This document shows positions 22,125-33,790 of a DNA stretch of 64,000 nucleotides, piece by piece. Numbering within the stretch: position 1 is the stretch's first letter; each line of letters begins with the position of its first letter. The notes under the pieces were generated by a model, which saw nothing but the letters and a program-made list of their open reading frames with translations, ran no database searches and was not told where the DNA came from. Both the position numbers and the translations under genes were made by a program. This DNA comes from Kofleriaceae bacterium (GTDB lineage: Bacteria; Myxococcota_A; Polyangia; Haliangiales; Haliangiaceae), in NCBI GenBank assembly GCA_965215005.1, contig CBDCCZ010000058.1, forward strand, positions 46,479 to 110,478, written 5' to 3'.

Positions 22125-23158
22125 CAGAACTGCCTCAAAAAGCGCACATCGCCTTCATAGTAAAATTTGATGTCGTCGACCCCGTGGCGAAGCATCGCCA
22201 TGCGCTCGAGGCCCATGCCGAACGCAAAGCCGGTCCAGCGCTCGGAGTCGTAATCGACGTGGCCGAAGACCTCGGGATCGACCATGCCCGCCCCGCCGAT
22301 TTCGATCCAGCCGGTGCCTTTGCAGAGGCGGCAGCGCGACGTGGCTTGGCGGCAGAACGAGCACTCCATGTCGACCTCGGCGCCGGGTTCGACGAACGGG
22401 AAGTAGCTCGGCCGAAACCGGATCGTCAAATCGGTGCGGAAGAAGCGGCGCACGAAGTGCAGCAGCACTCCCTTGAGGTCCGAGAAGCGCACGCCTTCGT
22501 CGACGAGCAGGCCTTCGAGCTGGGTGAACATCGGGCTGTGAGTGGGATCGTCGTCGCGGCGATACACCACGCCGGGCGCGACGATCTTCACGGGCGGCGG
22601 CTGGGCCTGCATCGTGCGAATTTGCACCGGACTGGTGTGGGTGCGCAGAACGACGTCGCTCGAGACGTAGAAGGTGTCCTGCATGTCGCGCGCAGGATGA
22701 TCTTTGCCGATGGCGAGCGCCTCGAAACAGTAAAAGTCGGTTTCGATTTGCGGCCCCTCGGCGACCCCAAAGCCGAGCTCAGCAAAGATATCGACGACCT
22801 CACTGCGCACCTGACTGAGAAGATGCACGTGACCGGGGGGCGCGAGTCGCCCCGGCAGCGTCACGTCGATGCGGCGCGCCAGATCCGCGTGCTCGACGGC
22901 CTCTGCGAGCGCCGCGAGCTTGCCGGTCACGGCGTCGGTGATGATGTCCTTGACGCGGTTGAACGCCTCGCCGACGGCCCGGCGTTCATCGGGCGCGAGC
23001 TTGCCTAGTTGCTTCATCACCGCAGACGCTTCGCCCTTCTTGCCCAGGAACCGGGCCTGAACGTTGCGAATCTCCTGCTCGTCGGTGAGCGGAGCGATGG
23101 CGTCGGTGAAATGAGCCGCGAGCTCTTCGAGTCGCGAGATGAGCGGATGTTGCGGCAC
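22124..23158 (-). CDS. pheS: Phenylalanyl-tRNA synthetase alpha subunit
   Basis: HPARDMQDTF, LRTHTSPVQ, RFRPSYFPFVEP, GFAFGMGLERMAM. Confidence 0.97.
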   Translation of the reverse strand: MPQHPLISRLEELAAHFTDAIAPLTDEQEIRNVQARFLGKKGEASAVMKQLGKLAPDERRAVGEAFNRVKDIITDAVTGKLAALAEAVEHADLARRIDVTLPGRLAPPGHVHLLSQVRSEVVDIFAELGFGVAEGPQIETDFYCFEALAIGKDHPARDMQDTFYVSSDVVLRTHTSPVQIRTMQAQPPPVKIVAPGVVYRRDDDPTHSPMFTQLEGLLVDEGVRFSDLKGVLLHFVRRFFRTDLTIRFRPSYFPFVEPGAEVDMECSFCRQATSRCRLCKGTGWIEIGGAGMVDPEVFGHVDYDSERWTGFAFGMGLERMAMLRHGVDDIKFYYEGDVRFLRQF

Positions 23159-23338
23159 CGCCGCCTCCTGCGCTGCCGGTGACTGGGGGAGCGGCTCGAG
23201 TGTTGTGCACGCGCTGCCAGCCGCTCGCGAACCAGCGCCTCCTGCAGAGAAGCAACCGGATACGCGGCCGCGGCTCGCGGCGGCTCCCCCCCAATCGACG
23301 GGACTTGGTTTGGTAGCTCGAGGCCTCTGGCACCGCCG

Positions 23339-23686
23339 CTAGGCGGTGGCGGTCTTGACGATAGCCTCGAATCCTGCCGGGTCGCTGATGGCGATTTCGG
23401 CGAGCATCTTGCGATTCACGCTGATTTCGCTGCGCTTGAGCGAGCCCATCAACCGTGAGTAGCTGTGGCCGAGCGGGCGAAGCGCGGCGTTGATGCGAGC
23501 GATCCACAGCCGGCGAAAGTCTCGCTTGCGCTGGCGGCGCGAGCGATACATGTGCATCCACGCGTGTTGCACCGACTCATTGGCGATCGCGTGGCAGCTG
23601 TTGCGCTTGCCGCGAAAGCCTTTGGCGGCCTTCAGGATACGGTTGCGGCGGCGACGGGCTTTGAAGCCTCTTTTGGCGCGGGGCAT
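23339..23686 (-). CDS. rplT: 50S ribosomal protein L20
   Basis: ILKAAKGFRG, KRDFRRLWIARINAA, NRKMLAEIA. Confidence 0.97.
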   Translation of the reverse strand: MPRAKRGFKARRRRNRILKAAKGFRGKRNSCHAIANESVQHAWMHMYRSRRQRKRDFRRLWIARINAALRPLGHSYSRLMGSLKRSEISVNRKMLAEIAISDPAGFEAIVKTATA

Positions 23687-23722
23687 AGCACTTCCTCGTA
23701 AAGAGATGCGGCGAGTTGCCGC

Positions 23723-23923
23723 TCAGTTCGAGTACGGGAGCATCGCAGCGATTTGATGCTCTTGCGCTTTGTCGACGAGCTTGCTGCCGCGGAGCTGCCG
23801 CTTGCGCTTGGGGCTCTTGTGGGTGAGCAAGTGGCGCTTGCCCTTGCGATACATCTTGAACTTGCCGGAGCCGGTGACGCGAAACCGCTTCTTGGCGCCG
23901 GATTTGGATTTCATCTTGGGCAT
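23723..23923 (-). CDS. rpmI: 50S ribosomal protein L35
   Basis: MPKMKSKSGAKKRFRVTGSGK...HLLTHKSPKRKRQLR. Confidence 0.97.
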   Translation of the reverse strand: MPKMKSKSGAKKRFRVTGSGKFKMYRKGKRHLLTHKSPKRKRQLRGSKLVDKAQEHQIAAMLPYSN

Positions 23924-24090
23924 GAAGAGCTCTCTCTAAGGTCGACGAAAGACCCGGTATTTTGCCGATGACGCAGCAAATTACAAGCCGCGATTTGCAG
24001 TTTATCCACGATGGTCGACGCACAGCGAGTTGCGCCATGCTCCGGCTCGCTTCACCCTCGGGCTCGCTAGTGGAGCACAACCTCGCATAA

Positions 24091-25944
24091 TCATGACGCT
24101 TCGGCCGTAATCTCCGCCCCTGAACCGCCACGGGGGGGATGTGCTTGCTCGCGCAGATGGTCGACGAATGCGTCTAGGCTCATGGTGCTCAGCTGTTGTC
24201 CGTCGCGCGCTCGCGGCGATACCGCGCCGGCTTCGACCTCTTTATCGCCACAAACGAGCATGAACGGGATCTTCTCGAGCTGCGCGCGGCGGATCTTGGC
24301 GCCGAGCTTGTCGGCCGACAGATCGGTCTCGACCCGAAATCCTTCGCTTCGCAGCCGCGTCTCGACCTGGCTTGCCCACGCGTCCTGCTTCTCCGATACC
24401 GTGATGACCCGTGCTTGAATGGGCGCGAGCCAGACCGGAAACTTACCGGCGTAGTGCTCCACCAGCACCGCAAAGAAGCGCTCGATGGAGCCGAGCAGCG
24501 CGCGATGGAGCATGACCACGCGGTGACGCTCGCCGTCGGCACCGACGTACTCGAGCTGGAAGCGCTCCGGCAGCTGAAAGTCGACCTGCACCGTTGAGCA
24601 CTGCCATAGCCGACCGATCGAGTCGCGCAGCTTGAGGTCGATCTTCGGGCCGTAGAACGCGCCGCCGCCGGCGTCGACCTCATAGTCGAGACCAGATTTC
24701 TGCAGGACGTTCAAGAGCGCCGCTTCGGCTTCGTCCCAGACCTCGGGGTCGCCGACGAATTTCGCCGGACGCGTGGCCAAGTAGAGCTTGAAGTCGGTAA
24801 AGCCGAAGCTGCGCAGGATGTGCAGACAGAAGCCGACAACCCGTTCGAGCTCGCCGGGAAGCTGCTCGCGGGTCATGAAGAGATGCGCGTCGTCTTGCGT
24901 GAATCCGCGGACCCGCAGCAGCCCGTGGAGCACCCCGGAGCGCTCGTATCGATACACGGTTCCAAGCTCTGCCCAGCGATACGGCAGCTCGCGATAGCTG
25001 CGCAGCCCCTTCTTGAACATGGTGCAGTGAAACGGGCAGTTCATCGGCTTGACTAGATAGTCGGTGCCTTCGACATCCATGCCCGCGTACATGTTTTCTT
25101 TGTAGAACTCGAGGTGGCCGGAAACCTTCCAAAGCTCGTCCTTGGCGACGTGCGGGCTCGCTACCAGCTCATAGCCGTTGGCGTAGTGCTCTTGGCGCCA
25201 GAACTCTTCCATCTGATAGCGAATTCGCGCGCCTTTTGGGTGCCATAGCACCAGACCACCGCCAATGGTCTCATCGATCGAGAACAGGTCGAGCTCTTTG
25301 CCGAGCTTGCGATGGTCGCGCTTCTTTGCCTCTTCCAGCTGGTTGAGATACGCGCGCAGCTCCTTCTTATCGAAGAATGCGGTGCCGTAGATGCGCTGCA
25401 GCATCTTGTTGCGCTCGTCACCTCGCCAGTACGCGCCGGCCACGGAGAGCAGCTTGAAGGCTTTGATGGCCTTGGTGGTCTCGACGTGGGGGCCGCGACA
25501 TAGATCGAACCAGTCGCCGGTCTTGTAGAGACTGATCGTGGCGTCCGGCGGCAGCGAGCCGATGATTTCGACTTTGTAGTGCTCGCCGAGCTCTTCAAAG
25601 ATGCGCAGCGCCTCGTCGCGAGCAACGACATGCCGCTCGAAGGTCTCGTCGGCGGCGATGATGGTCGCCATCTCGGCCTCGATGCGCGCCAGGTCGTCTT
25701 CAGTGAACGGCGCGTTGACGTCAAAGTCGTAATAGAAGCCGGTCTCGATGGCTGGGCCGATGGTGACCTTGGCAGTCGGAAACAGCCGCTGCACGGCTTT
25801 GGCCATGACGTGCGCGGTGGAATGCCGAAGCGTCTGCAGGGGCGATAGCTCTTCAGCGGCGCCGACGACCTCGTCGATCAGCTCCTGATCGATGGTTGTC
25901 GCGGCAGCGCCAGCACCGACCGGTTCGTTGGACTCGTTGGACAT
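24091..25944 (-). CDS. thrS: Threonyl-tRNA synthetase without an N-terminal TGS domain
   Basis: RHSTAH, DLCRGPH, GAYWRGD, KPMNCP, RVRGFTQDDAH, GAFYGPKID, HRALLGSIERF. Confidence 0.96.
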   Translation of the reverse strand: MSNESNEPVGAGAAATTIDQELIDEVVGAAEELSPLQTLRHSTAHVMAKAVQRLFPTAKVTIGPAIETGFYYDFDVNAPFTEDDLARIEAEMATIIAADETFERHVVARDEALRIFEELGEHYKVEIIGSLPPDATISLYKTGDWFDLCRGPHVETTKAIKAFKLLSVAGAYWRGDERNKMLQRIYGTAFFDKKELRAYLNQLEEAKKRDHRKLGKELDLFSIDETIGGGLVLWHPKGARIRYQMEEFWRQEHYANGYELVASPHVAKDELWKVSGHLEFYKENMYAGMDVEGTDYLVKPMNCPFHCTMFKKGLRSYRELPYRWAELGTVYRYERSGVLHGLLRVRGFTQDDAHLFMTREQLPGELERVVGFCLHILRSFGFTDFKLYLATRPAKFVGDPEVWDEAEAALLNVLQKSGLDYEVDAGGGAFYGPKIDLKLRDSIGRLWQCSTVQVDFQLPERFQLEYVGADGERHRVVMLHRALLGSIERFFAVLVEHYAGKFPVWLAPIQARVITVSEKQDAWASQVETRLRSEGFRVETDLSADKLGAKIRRAQLEKIPFMLVCGDKEVEAGAVSPRARDGQQLSTMSLDAFVDHLREQAHPPRGGSGAEITAEAS

Positions 25945-26134
25945 GAGCCGCCGATCATGAAGCGAGAGCGCTCGTGCGTCTAGTGATTGACGACGGAAGT
26001 CGTGAACCGCTAGCAACGCAACAATCGGCCGAGACGCCGAGCCACAGAAGCCGAAAGCGAGGCTCGGCGCTAAACGCCACCGCCGCGATCGTCGGCCAGC
26101 GGCGGGGCACCAACTCGGGTGCCCCGCGCGGCCT

Positions 26135-26210
<76 letters not shown>

Positions 26211-26232
26211 GGTCGCTGCTTACGAGGCGAGG

Positions 26233-26261
26233 TTATTAGTCCGTGCCGCGAGCCATGTCAA
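26233..26261 (-). promoter_or_regulatory. Sigma70-type promoter for tRNA-Val (and probably thrS)
   Basis: TTGACA-17 nt-TAATAA on the minus strand, 23 nt upstream of the tRNA. Confidence 0.7.
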
Positions 26262-26286
26262 GGTTGGCTGCCGACTTCAGGGTAGA

Positions 26287-27573
26287 ATGTTTCCCCACGT
26301 GCGGACGTTCTGGTTCATCGCGCGCGGCTTTGTCGTCGCGTATTTCCTCGTTAAGCACGCCGTTTGGTGGACCGCGGGCTGGTTGGCCTTGCTCCTTGGT
26401 CGACGCGGCAAGGCGCGGCGGCAAGCCTGGCTCGCCCAGCGCGTGACGGCGCTGCTCATCGACCTCGGCGCCACCTTCGTCAAGGTCGGCCAGATTCTCA
26501 GCACCCGACCCGATCTCTTGCCGCCCTATCTCATTACTGCGCTCGAGCGGCTGCAGGATGACGTCGGCGCCTTTGCCTACCAGCACGTCGAGGCAACGCT
26601 GCGAGATGACTTTGGCGCGCTCCCCGAGGCGCTGTTTGCCCAATTTGACCGCGAGCCGTTGGCCTCGGCCTCGGTGGCGCAGGTGCACCGCGCTGTGCTG
26701 CACGATGGAACCGTCGTCGCGGTGAAGGTGCGGCGGCCGGGTATCGAGCGGGTGGTGCAGTTCGACCTGGTCGTGATGCGCGGCTTCGCCCGCGCAATCT
26801 CGCTGCTTCCTACGATTCGCCTATTCGCTCCGGTCGAAAGCGTCGATGAGTTTGCGCGCGCGATTCGCATGCAGATCGACCTCACCATCGAAGCAGCCAA
26901 CAATCGTCGCTTTCGCGCCAACTTCGCGGCCCACCCGGAGGTGACGTTTCCGGCGCTCATCGATGCGCTGTGCTCGCCGCGCGTGTTGACGATGACCTTC
27001 ATCGACGGCGTGAAAATCCTCGACGTCGGCAGCATCGATGCGGATCCGCGGCGGGTCGCGCGCATCGGCTTCGAGACGCTACTCAAGATGGTGTTCGAAG
27101 ATGGTTTCGTGCACGCGGATCTCCACCCAGGCAACCTCTTCGTGACCCGCGACGGCAACGTCGCGATCCTCGATGTCGGCCTCACCGCCGAGCTCGATTC
27201 GGTCCATCGTGTCGCGTTCGCGCGCTACTTTGGCGGTTGGGCGCAAGGCGATGGCAAGGTCATGGCGCGACTCATGGTCGAGCTGTCACCAAGCGCCAAG
27301 GTGCGCGACTACGCCGCTTACGAGGCCGATATCGTCGCTATGGTGGATCGGTTTCACGGCAAGGCGCTCGGCGATGTCGAGGTCTCGCAAGTGGCGTTCG
27401 AGATGATGAACATCCTCCGCCGCCACCGGGTGCGCGTGAATCCGACCTACACCATGTGCAATATCGCGATCGCCGTGACCGAAGGCATCGGCAAGCAGCT
27501 GGCCCCGGACCTCGACCTGATGAGCGCCACCCTGCCCTACTTCGTCAAGCTGCAGAGCCGCGCGGCGAGCTAA
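26287..27573 (+). CDS. ABC1/AarF/UbiB-family atypical kinase
   Basis: [46 protein letters not shown]. Confidence 0.92.
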   Translation: MFPHVRTFWFIARGFVVAYFLVKHAVWWTAGWLALLLGRRGKARRQAWLAQRVTALLIDLGATFVKVGQILSTRPDLLPPYLITALERLQDDVGAFAYQHVEATLRDDFGALPEALFAQFDREPLASASVAQVHRAVLHDGTVVAVKVRRPGIERVVQFDLVVMRGFARAISLLPTIRLFAPVESVDEFARAIRMQIDLTIEAANNRRFRANFAAHPEVTFPALIDALCSPRVLTMTFIDGVKILDVGSIDADPRRVARIGFETLLKMVFEDGFVHADLHPGNLFVTRDGNVAILDVGLTAELDSVHRVAFARYFGGWAQGDGKVMARLMVELSPSAKVRDYAAYEADIVAMVDRFHGKALGDVEVSQVAFEMMNILRRHRVRVNPTYTMCNIAIAVTEGIGKQLAPDLDLMSATLPYFVKLQSRAAS

Positions 27574-27580
27574 CTATGAC

Positions 27581-28780
27581 CTAGCGCGCGAGCGGCAGCT
27601 CGAAGGAGAACGTCGCACCGGCGCCGAGGCTGCTGGCGATTTCGATCCGGGCGCCGTGCTCTTCGACGAGTCGGCGGGCGATGGCGAGCCCCAGACCCGT
27701 GCCTTCCACGGCGTGATCGGGAACCCGATAGAAGGGACGAAACACCAATGGGTGCTGCTCTTGAGCGATGCCGGGCCCGGTGTCGGTGACGAACACCGCG
27801 ACCGCCTCGCTCGCCCCACGCGCACCCAGCGTCACCACGCCACCGCGGGGCGTGAACTTGATGGCGTTGCCGAGAAAGTTTTGCAGCACCTGGAGGATGC
27901 GAGTGCCGTCGCAACGAACCGCAGGCAAAGACGGATCCACCGCCAACACCAGACGCACGCCGGCTCGGTCAGCAAGCGGCGCAAATAGCTCGTAGGCTTC
28001 TTGAAGCAGCGAGCGCGGCCGATGTGGCTGCAGGTCGAGCGCCACCTCCCCCTTCTCGAGGCTCTCCTCGTCGATGAGATCGTCAACCAAGCCGATCATC
28101 GCGCGACAGGCTCGCTGTAGCCGCTCTGCGAGCCGTTTTGCATGCTCGCTCGAGGCGGTGTCGTGGAGCTGCTCGGCGGTCAGCATCACCACGCTGAGCG
28201 GAGCACGCAGGTCGTGAGAGACCATGGCGCCGACGCGGCGGCGCTCGGCCAGGAGTTGCTGGACCTCGCCGGTAAGCTGCGTCTGACGGCGCATCGCCAG
28301 GCGCAGCTCGAGCAAGCTCATGACGTGTTCGGCAAGGATGACCAGCGCCTCGCGTTGCTGCGGCTCGAGCACCCGCGAAACCGTGTCGAGCACGCATAGC
28401 GTGCCGATGGGATAGCCATCGGGGGTTCGCAGAATCGCTCCTGCATAAAAGCGCAGGCCCGGGGGCCCCGTCACCAGTGGATTGCACGCGAATCGCTCGT
28501 CTTCGGTGGTGTCGGAGACCTCGAGAAAATCATTCTGGAGGACCGCATGGGCGCATATGGAGACATCGAGGGGGGTCTGCCGCACCCCCAGGCCGACCTC
28601 CGACTTGAACCACTGGCGCTCGTCGGCGATGAGATTGATGACCGCGATGGGCGCCTTACAAATGTTGGCGATGAGCGCGGTGATATCGTCGAACTCCCGC
28701 TCCGTGTCGGTGTCCAAGATGTCGTAGCGCTGGAGCGCCTGCAAGCGCTCGGCTTGATTTGCGGGAGTCGGTGCAGCCAT
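27581..28780 (-). CDS. GAF-domain sensor histidine kinase
   Basis: ERLQALQRYDILDT GAF start, RFYAGA, SHDLRAPL, NFLGNAIKF, DTGPGI, GTGLGL. Confidence 0.93.
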   Translation of the reverse strand: MAAPTPANQAERLQALQRYDILDTDTEREFDDITALIANICKAPIAVINLIADERQWFKSEVGLGVRQTPLDVSICAHAVLQNDFLEVSDTTEDERFACNPLVTGPPGLRFYAGAILRTPDGYPIGTLCVLDTVSRVLEPQQREALVILAEHVMSLLELRLAMRRQTQLTGEVQQLLAERRRVGAMVSHDLRAPLSVVMLTAEQLHDTASSEHAKRLAERLQRACRAMIGLVDDLIDEESLEKGEVALDLQPHRPRSLLQEAYELFAPLADRAGVRLVLAVDPSLPAVRCDGTRILQVLQNFLGNAIKFTPRGGVVTLGARGASEAVAVFVTDTGPGIAQEQHPLVFRPFYRVPDHAVEGTGLGLAIARRLVEEHGARIEIASSLGAGATFSFELPLAR

Positions 28781-29044
28781 CGGCGACGGTGGAGAGTAGC
28801 GGGCAAGCTCTGCCGTGTCATCTGACGCCGGTTCGTCGGAGCTCGGCGCGACCGCGACCGTTGCGCGGTCCTACGCCATTCGGACACTGGTGCGCGTGTA
28901 GCTGAAGTGCGGCAGAAGGTGGCAGCCTGCCGAAGCTGCTGCCGAGGTGTCCTCGCCCGGTTGCCGAGCTGGTAAGAAAACGACTAAAATGAAGTGGTTA
29001 GCCGCCAGAGCGCGGCGACTTCCATCACCATCTGAACGCTGCGC

Positions 29045-29060
29045 ATGACATCGATGTCAT
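29045..29060. promoter_or_regulatory. Perfect 16-bp palindrome, putative regulator binding site
   Basis: ATGACATCGATGTCAT in the divergent intergenic region, 46 nt upstream of the kinase start. Confidence 0.65.
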
Positions 29061-29106
29061 ACATTCCGAAGTCGCGCACTGTGCTGCACTCGGCCCGGAC
29101 CCCGTC

Positions 29107-30933
29107 GTGACGGTCGCTGTTGGCCACATACTCGATCACTTCGAGCTCCTGGAGAAGGTCGGCCAAGGCGGCATGGCGGTCGTCTATCGCGGTCGCGATC
29201 GCACGCTCAACCGCCCCGTCGCCGTCAAAGTCCTGCACCACCACCTCGCTGAGCATCAGGAGGCGCGAGATCGCTTCGAGCGTGAGGCGCACGCGGTGGC
29301 CAAGCTGCGCCACGAAAACATCCTCGAGATTTTCACGTTCTCGGGCAAAGAATCGCCCGAGAGCTACATCGTCACCGAATTCATCGACGGCTCCACGCTC
29401 AAGGAGTTCATCACCGAGCACGAGGTGCGATTTCCCGAGGTCGGCGCCATGGTGATGGCGCAGGTGTGTCGCGCGTTGGCGCACGCGCATAGCCTTGGCA
29501 TCCTGCATCGCGACGTGAAGCCGGAGAACATCATGATTCGCTCCGACGGGATCGTGAAGCTCACCGACTTTGGCATCGCGCAGATACTCGATCTCCAGCG
29601 GATGACCGTCACTGGCCAGTTGCTCGGCTCGCCGGCGTACATGTCTCCTGAGCACGTCGAGGGCAAACCGCTCGATTTTCGCACCGACATCTTCGCGGTC
29701 GGCATCGTGCTCTATCAGCTCGTGGCCGGAATACTGCCGTTTCAAGGCAGCAATCCGCACGAGATCCTCAAGCGAATTGCCGACTGCAAGTTTCGCGACC
29801 CGCGCCACGTCAATCCGCGCGTCGGCAACGAGCTCGGCAAGATCATCCTCACCGCGATGGCCCGCGACAAAGCCGATCGCTATGCCGACGTGAGCGAGAT
29901 GCTCGGGGCGCTCTCGAACTACCTCGAGGCCAGCGGTTTGCGCGACGCCCGGCAGGAGCTGGCGCGTTTCTTCGGTGCACCGGTTTCCTATCAGCTCGCG
30001 CTAGAGGCGCGGCTCGTCGATCACCTCAGTCGCCGCGGACGGGAGCTGATGGCCACCGATCGGGTTGCCGCGCTCGAGTGCTTCAACCGCGTGCTCACCA
30101 TCGCACCCGAGCAGCCCGAGGTGTTGCGTGCCATCGACCAGATGTCGCGCCGACGTCGCGGGCTTCGCATGGCCGCACTGGGAGCGGGCGTCGGTGTGAT
30201 CGCGGCGGGCAGCATGGCGCTTGCGCATTGGCGCGGTGATAGCGACCAGCAGCCAGCCGAACACGCGATCGCTGATGCCAGCGCCCCCTTGCTCACGCCT
30301 ATCACGCCCGCTGGCGATGCGGCCACCGAGGTGCTCGCTGACGCTGCGGCCACCGATGCGCCCGCTGACGCTGCTCCTGACGCCGCAGTCGCCAATGAGC
30401 CAACGGCCGAGCTTCCGCCCGAGCAGCCGGTCGAGCCTCTGCGTCCCACGCGCCCTGCGACGGCTCCATCGTCACCGCCCGCTGGAGATTCCGGCACAGC
30501 CGCCTCGAGCCGCTCGGTGAAGGTACGGGTCTATCCGCTCGGTTCCCAGCTCCGGGTCGATGACGGTCCATGGCAGACTCTGGCGAGCTCCAGCCAAACC
30601 CTCACATTATCGCCCGGCGTTCACACCATCACCGCTCGCAACGACTGCTGTGAGAGCGAGGCCAAGCAAGTGGCCCCCACCGACAACGACCTTACGTTCG
30701 ATCTCGGCTATCGCCCCGGCTTCGTCGTTGCTGAGTGCGATGACGAGGTCGCGCTGCGAGTCGACGGCAAGACGACCACGCTGGGTCGCCGCAACGCGAT
30801 CGTCATCGCGCGCGGAGGCTTGGGGTATCGCGATGTTCGCGTCGAATTCTCGAGCTCTAGTCTGGGCGTGGCGTCGCGATCGGTGCGCGTGGGGCCGGGG
30901 CAAACGCAGGTCGTTCAGTGCGATTTCGATTGA
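29107..30933 (+). CDS. Membrane Ser/Thr protein kinase with a periplasmic PEGA-like C-terminus
   Basis: GQGGMA, VAVK, HRDVKPEN, DFG, YMSPE; TM segment, Pro/Ala linker, beta-rich C-terminal domains. Confidence 0.92.
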   Translation: MTVAVGHILDHFELLEKVGQGGMAVVYRGRDRTLNRPVAVKVLHHHLAEHQEARDRFEREAHAVAKLRHENILEIFTFSGKESPESYIVTEFIDGSTLKEFITEHEVRFPEVGAMVMAQVCRALAHAHSLGILHRDVKPENIMIRSDGIVKLTDFGIAQILDLQRMTVTGQLLGSPAYMSPEHVEGKPLDFRTDIFAVGIVLYQLVAGILPFQGSNPHEILKRIADCKFRDPRHVNPRVGNELGKIILTAMARDKADRYADVSEMLGALSNYLEASGLRDARQELARFFGAPVSYQLALEARLVDHLSRRGRELMATDRVAALECFNRVLTIAPEQPEVLRAIDQMSRRRRGLRMAALGAGVGVIAAGSMALAHWRGDSDQQPAEHAIADASAPLLTPITPAGDAATEVLADAAATDAPADAAPDAAVANEPTAELPPEQPVEPLRPTRPATAPSSPPAGDSGTAASSRSVKVRVYPLGSQLRVDDGPWQTLASSSQTLTLSPGVHTITARNDCCESEAKQVAPTDNDLTFDLGYRPGFVVAECDDEVALRVDGKTTTLGRRNAIVIARGGLGYRDVRVEFSSSSLGVASRSVRVGPGQTQVVQCDFD

Positions 30934-31775
30934 TCGTTGCGTGGCTCTTGATGTTGGCCCCGGCGCGAGCAGCGGCGGCCACGCCGGCCGATGATCTGGC
31001 CCAGGCGCGCGATTCGTTTCGCCGCGGCGACTACGGCGAAGCCATTCCTCGGCTCAACTATCTCCTCTATCCGGAACCGCGGCTTGCGGACATGGGCGAG
31101 CTGGTCGAAGCGCACGTCCTGCTCGGCGTATCGCACTACGAGACCGGCGATCGCAAGACCGCCGCGCGTGAGTTCGAAGAAGCGCTCTTCATCGATCCGA
31201 GCGTTAGCCTCGACCGGCTGCTGTTCTCCGAAGGCGCCATCGAGTATTTCGAAGATACCCGCGAGAAACTCGCGGAACGGACCCGGCAAGGGGAAGAAAT
31301 CCGTCGGCTGGCGGAAGAACGCGACCGCTTGCGGCGTGCCCTCGCCAACCTCGTGGTCATCGAGAAGCGCTCCTATTACGTCAACTTCATCCCCTTCGGT
31401 GCCGGTCAGTTTCAGAACGGGCAGGATGGCAAAGGCATCGCATTCGCCGCGGTAGAGGCCGCGCTCGGCGGCGCGTCGGCGGGCATCTGGGGCTATCAGG
31501 CCCTCAAGTATGGGTTTGGCGGCGCCGTTCCCCGAGGCGATGTAGCGACCGTGCGGCGCATGCAGGAGGTGCAAGTGGCTACCGGCATCGCATGCCTCGG
31601 TGTGATGGCCTGGGGCATCGTCGACTCGCTGCTCAACTACGAGCCCAAGCAGCAGATTGACGCAGACCCGTCCCTCATTCCCGCTAGCGCGGTGGAATCC
31701 ACCTCGCTGGCACCCTCCCTGGTGCCACTTCCGACCCCCGGCGGTCTCGGCGTCGGCGCTCACTGGAGATTCTAA
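30918..31775 (+). CDS. Exported TPR protein with a hydrophobic C-terminal region
   Basis: Signal peptide, TPR (AHVLLGVSHY...FEEALFIDP), FIPFGAGQFQNG, ends LGVGAHWRF. Confidence 0.75.
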   Translation: MRFRLIVAWLLMLAPARAAAATPADDLAQARDSFRRGDYGEAIPRLNYLLYPEPRLADMGELVEAHVLLGVSHYETGDRKTAAREFEEALFIDPSVSLDRLLFSEGAIEYFEDTREKLAERTRQGEEIRRLAEERDRLRRALANLVVIEKRSYYVNFIPFGAGQFQNGQDGKGIAFAAVEAALGGASAGIWGYQALKYGFGGAVPRGDVATVRRMQEVQVATGIACLGVMAWGIVDSLLNYEPKQQIDADPSLIPASAVESTSLAPSLVPLPTPGGLGVGAHWRF

Positions 31776-33566
<1,791 letters not shown>

Positions 33567-33761
33567 GCGGTCGTCGTTCAGCGGCATATGGGCGCTATTG
33601 GTGCACCCGTGTCGGGGGCGCGTGGCGCAGCAAGTTGGGTCGCGCGGGCCGCAACGGACGGCAAAAAGCGGCACGACCCCTGACCCCGATGTCTCGTTTA
33701 CACCGGAGCTCCACCCCGCAAACCACCCATAAGCTCCCGAAATCAGAGCGTCATCGGTGCA

Positions 33762-33777
33762 TGGTGCGGTCCTTGCT
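33762..33777 (+). promoter_or_regulatory. Putative sigma54 promoter
   Basis: TGGTGC-GGTCC-TTGCT, exact GG-N10-GC spacing, just upstream of the lipoprotein start. Confidence 0.6.
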
Positions 33778-33790
33778 AGCTGGCCCCTTG

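Noticed and set aside
20652..22160. 502-aa plus-strand ORF
   Set aside because: Antisense to pheT
24002..24010. DnaA-box-like TTATCCACG
   Set aside because: Single mismatched copy with no cluster or origin context
24080..24090. ACCTCGCATAA, similar to the dif XerC arm
   Set aside because: No XerD arm follows the 6-nt spacer; probably chance
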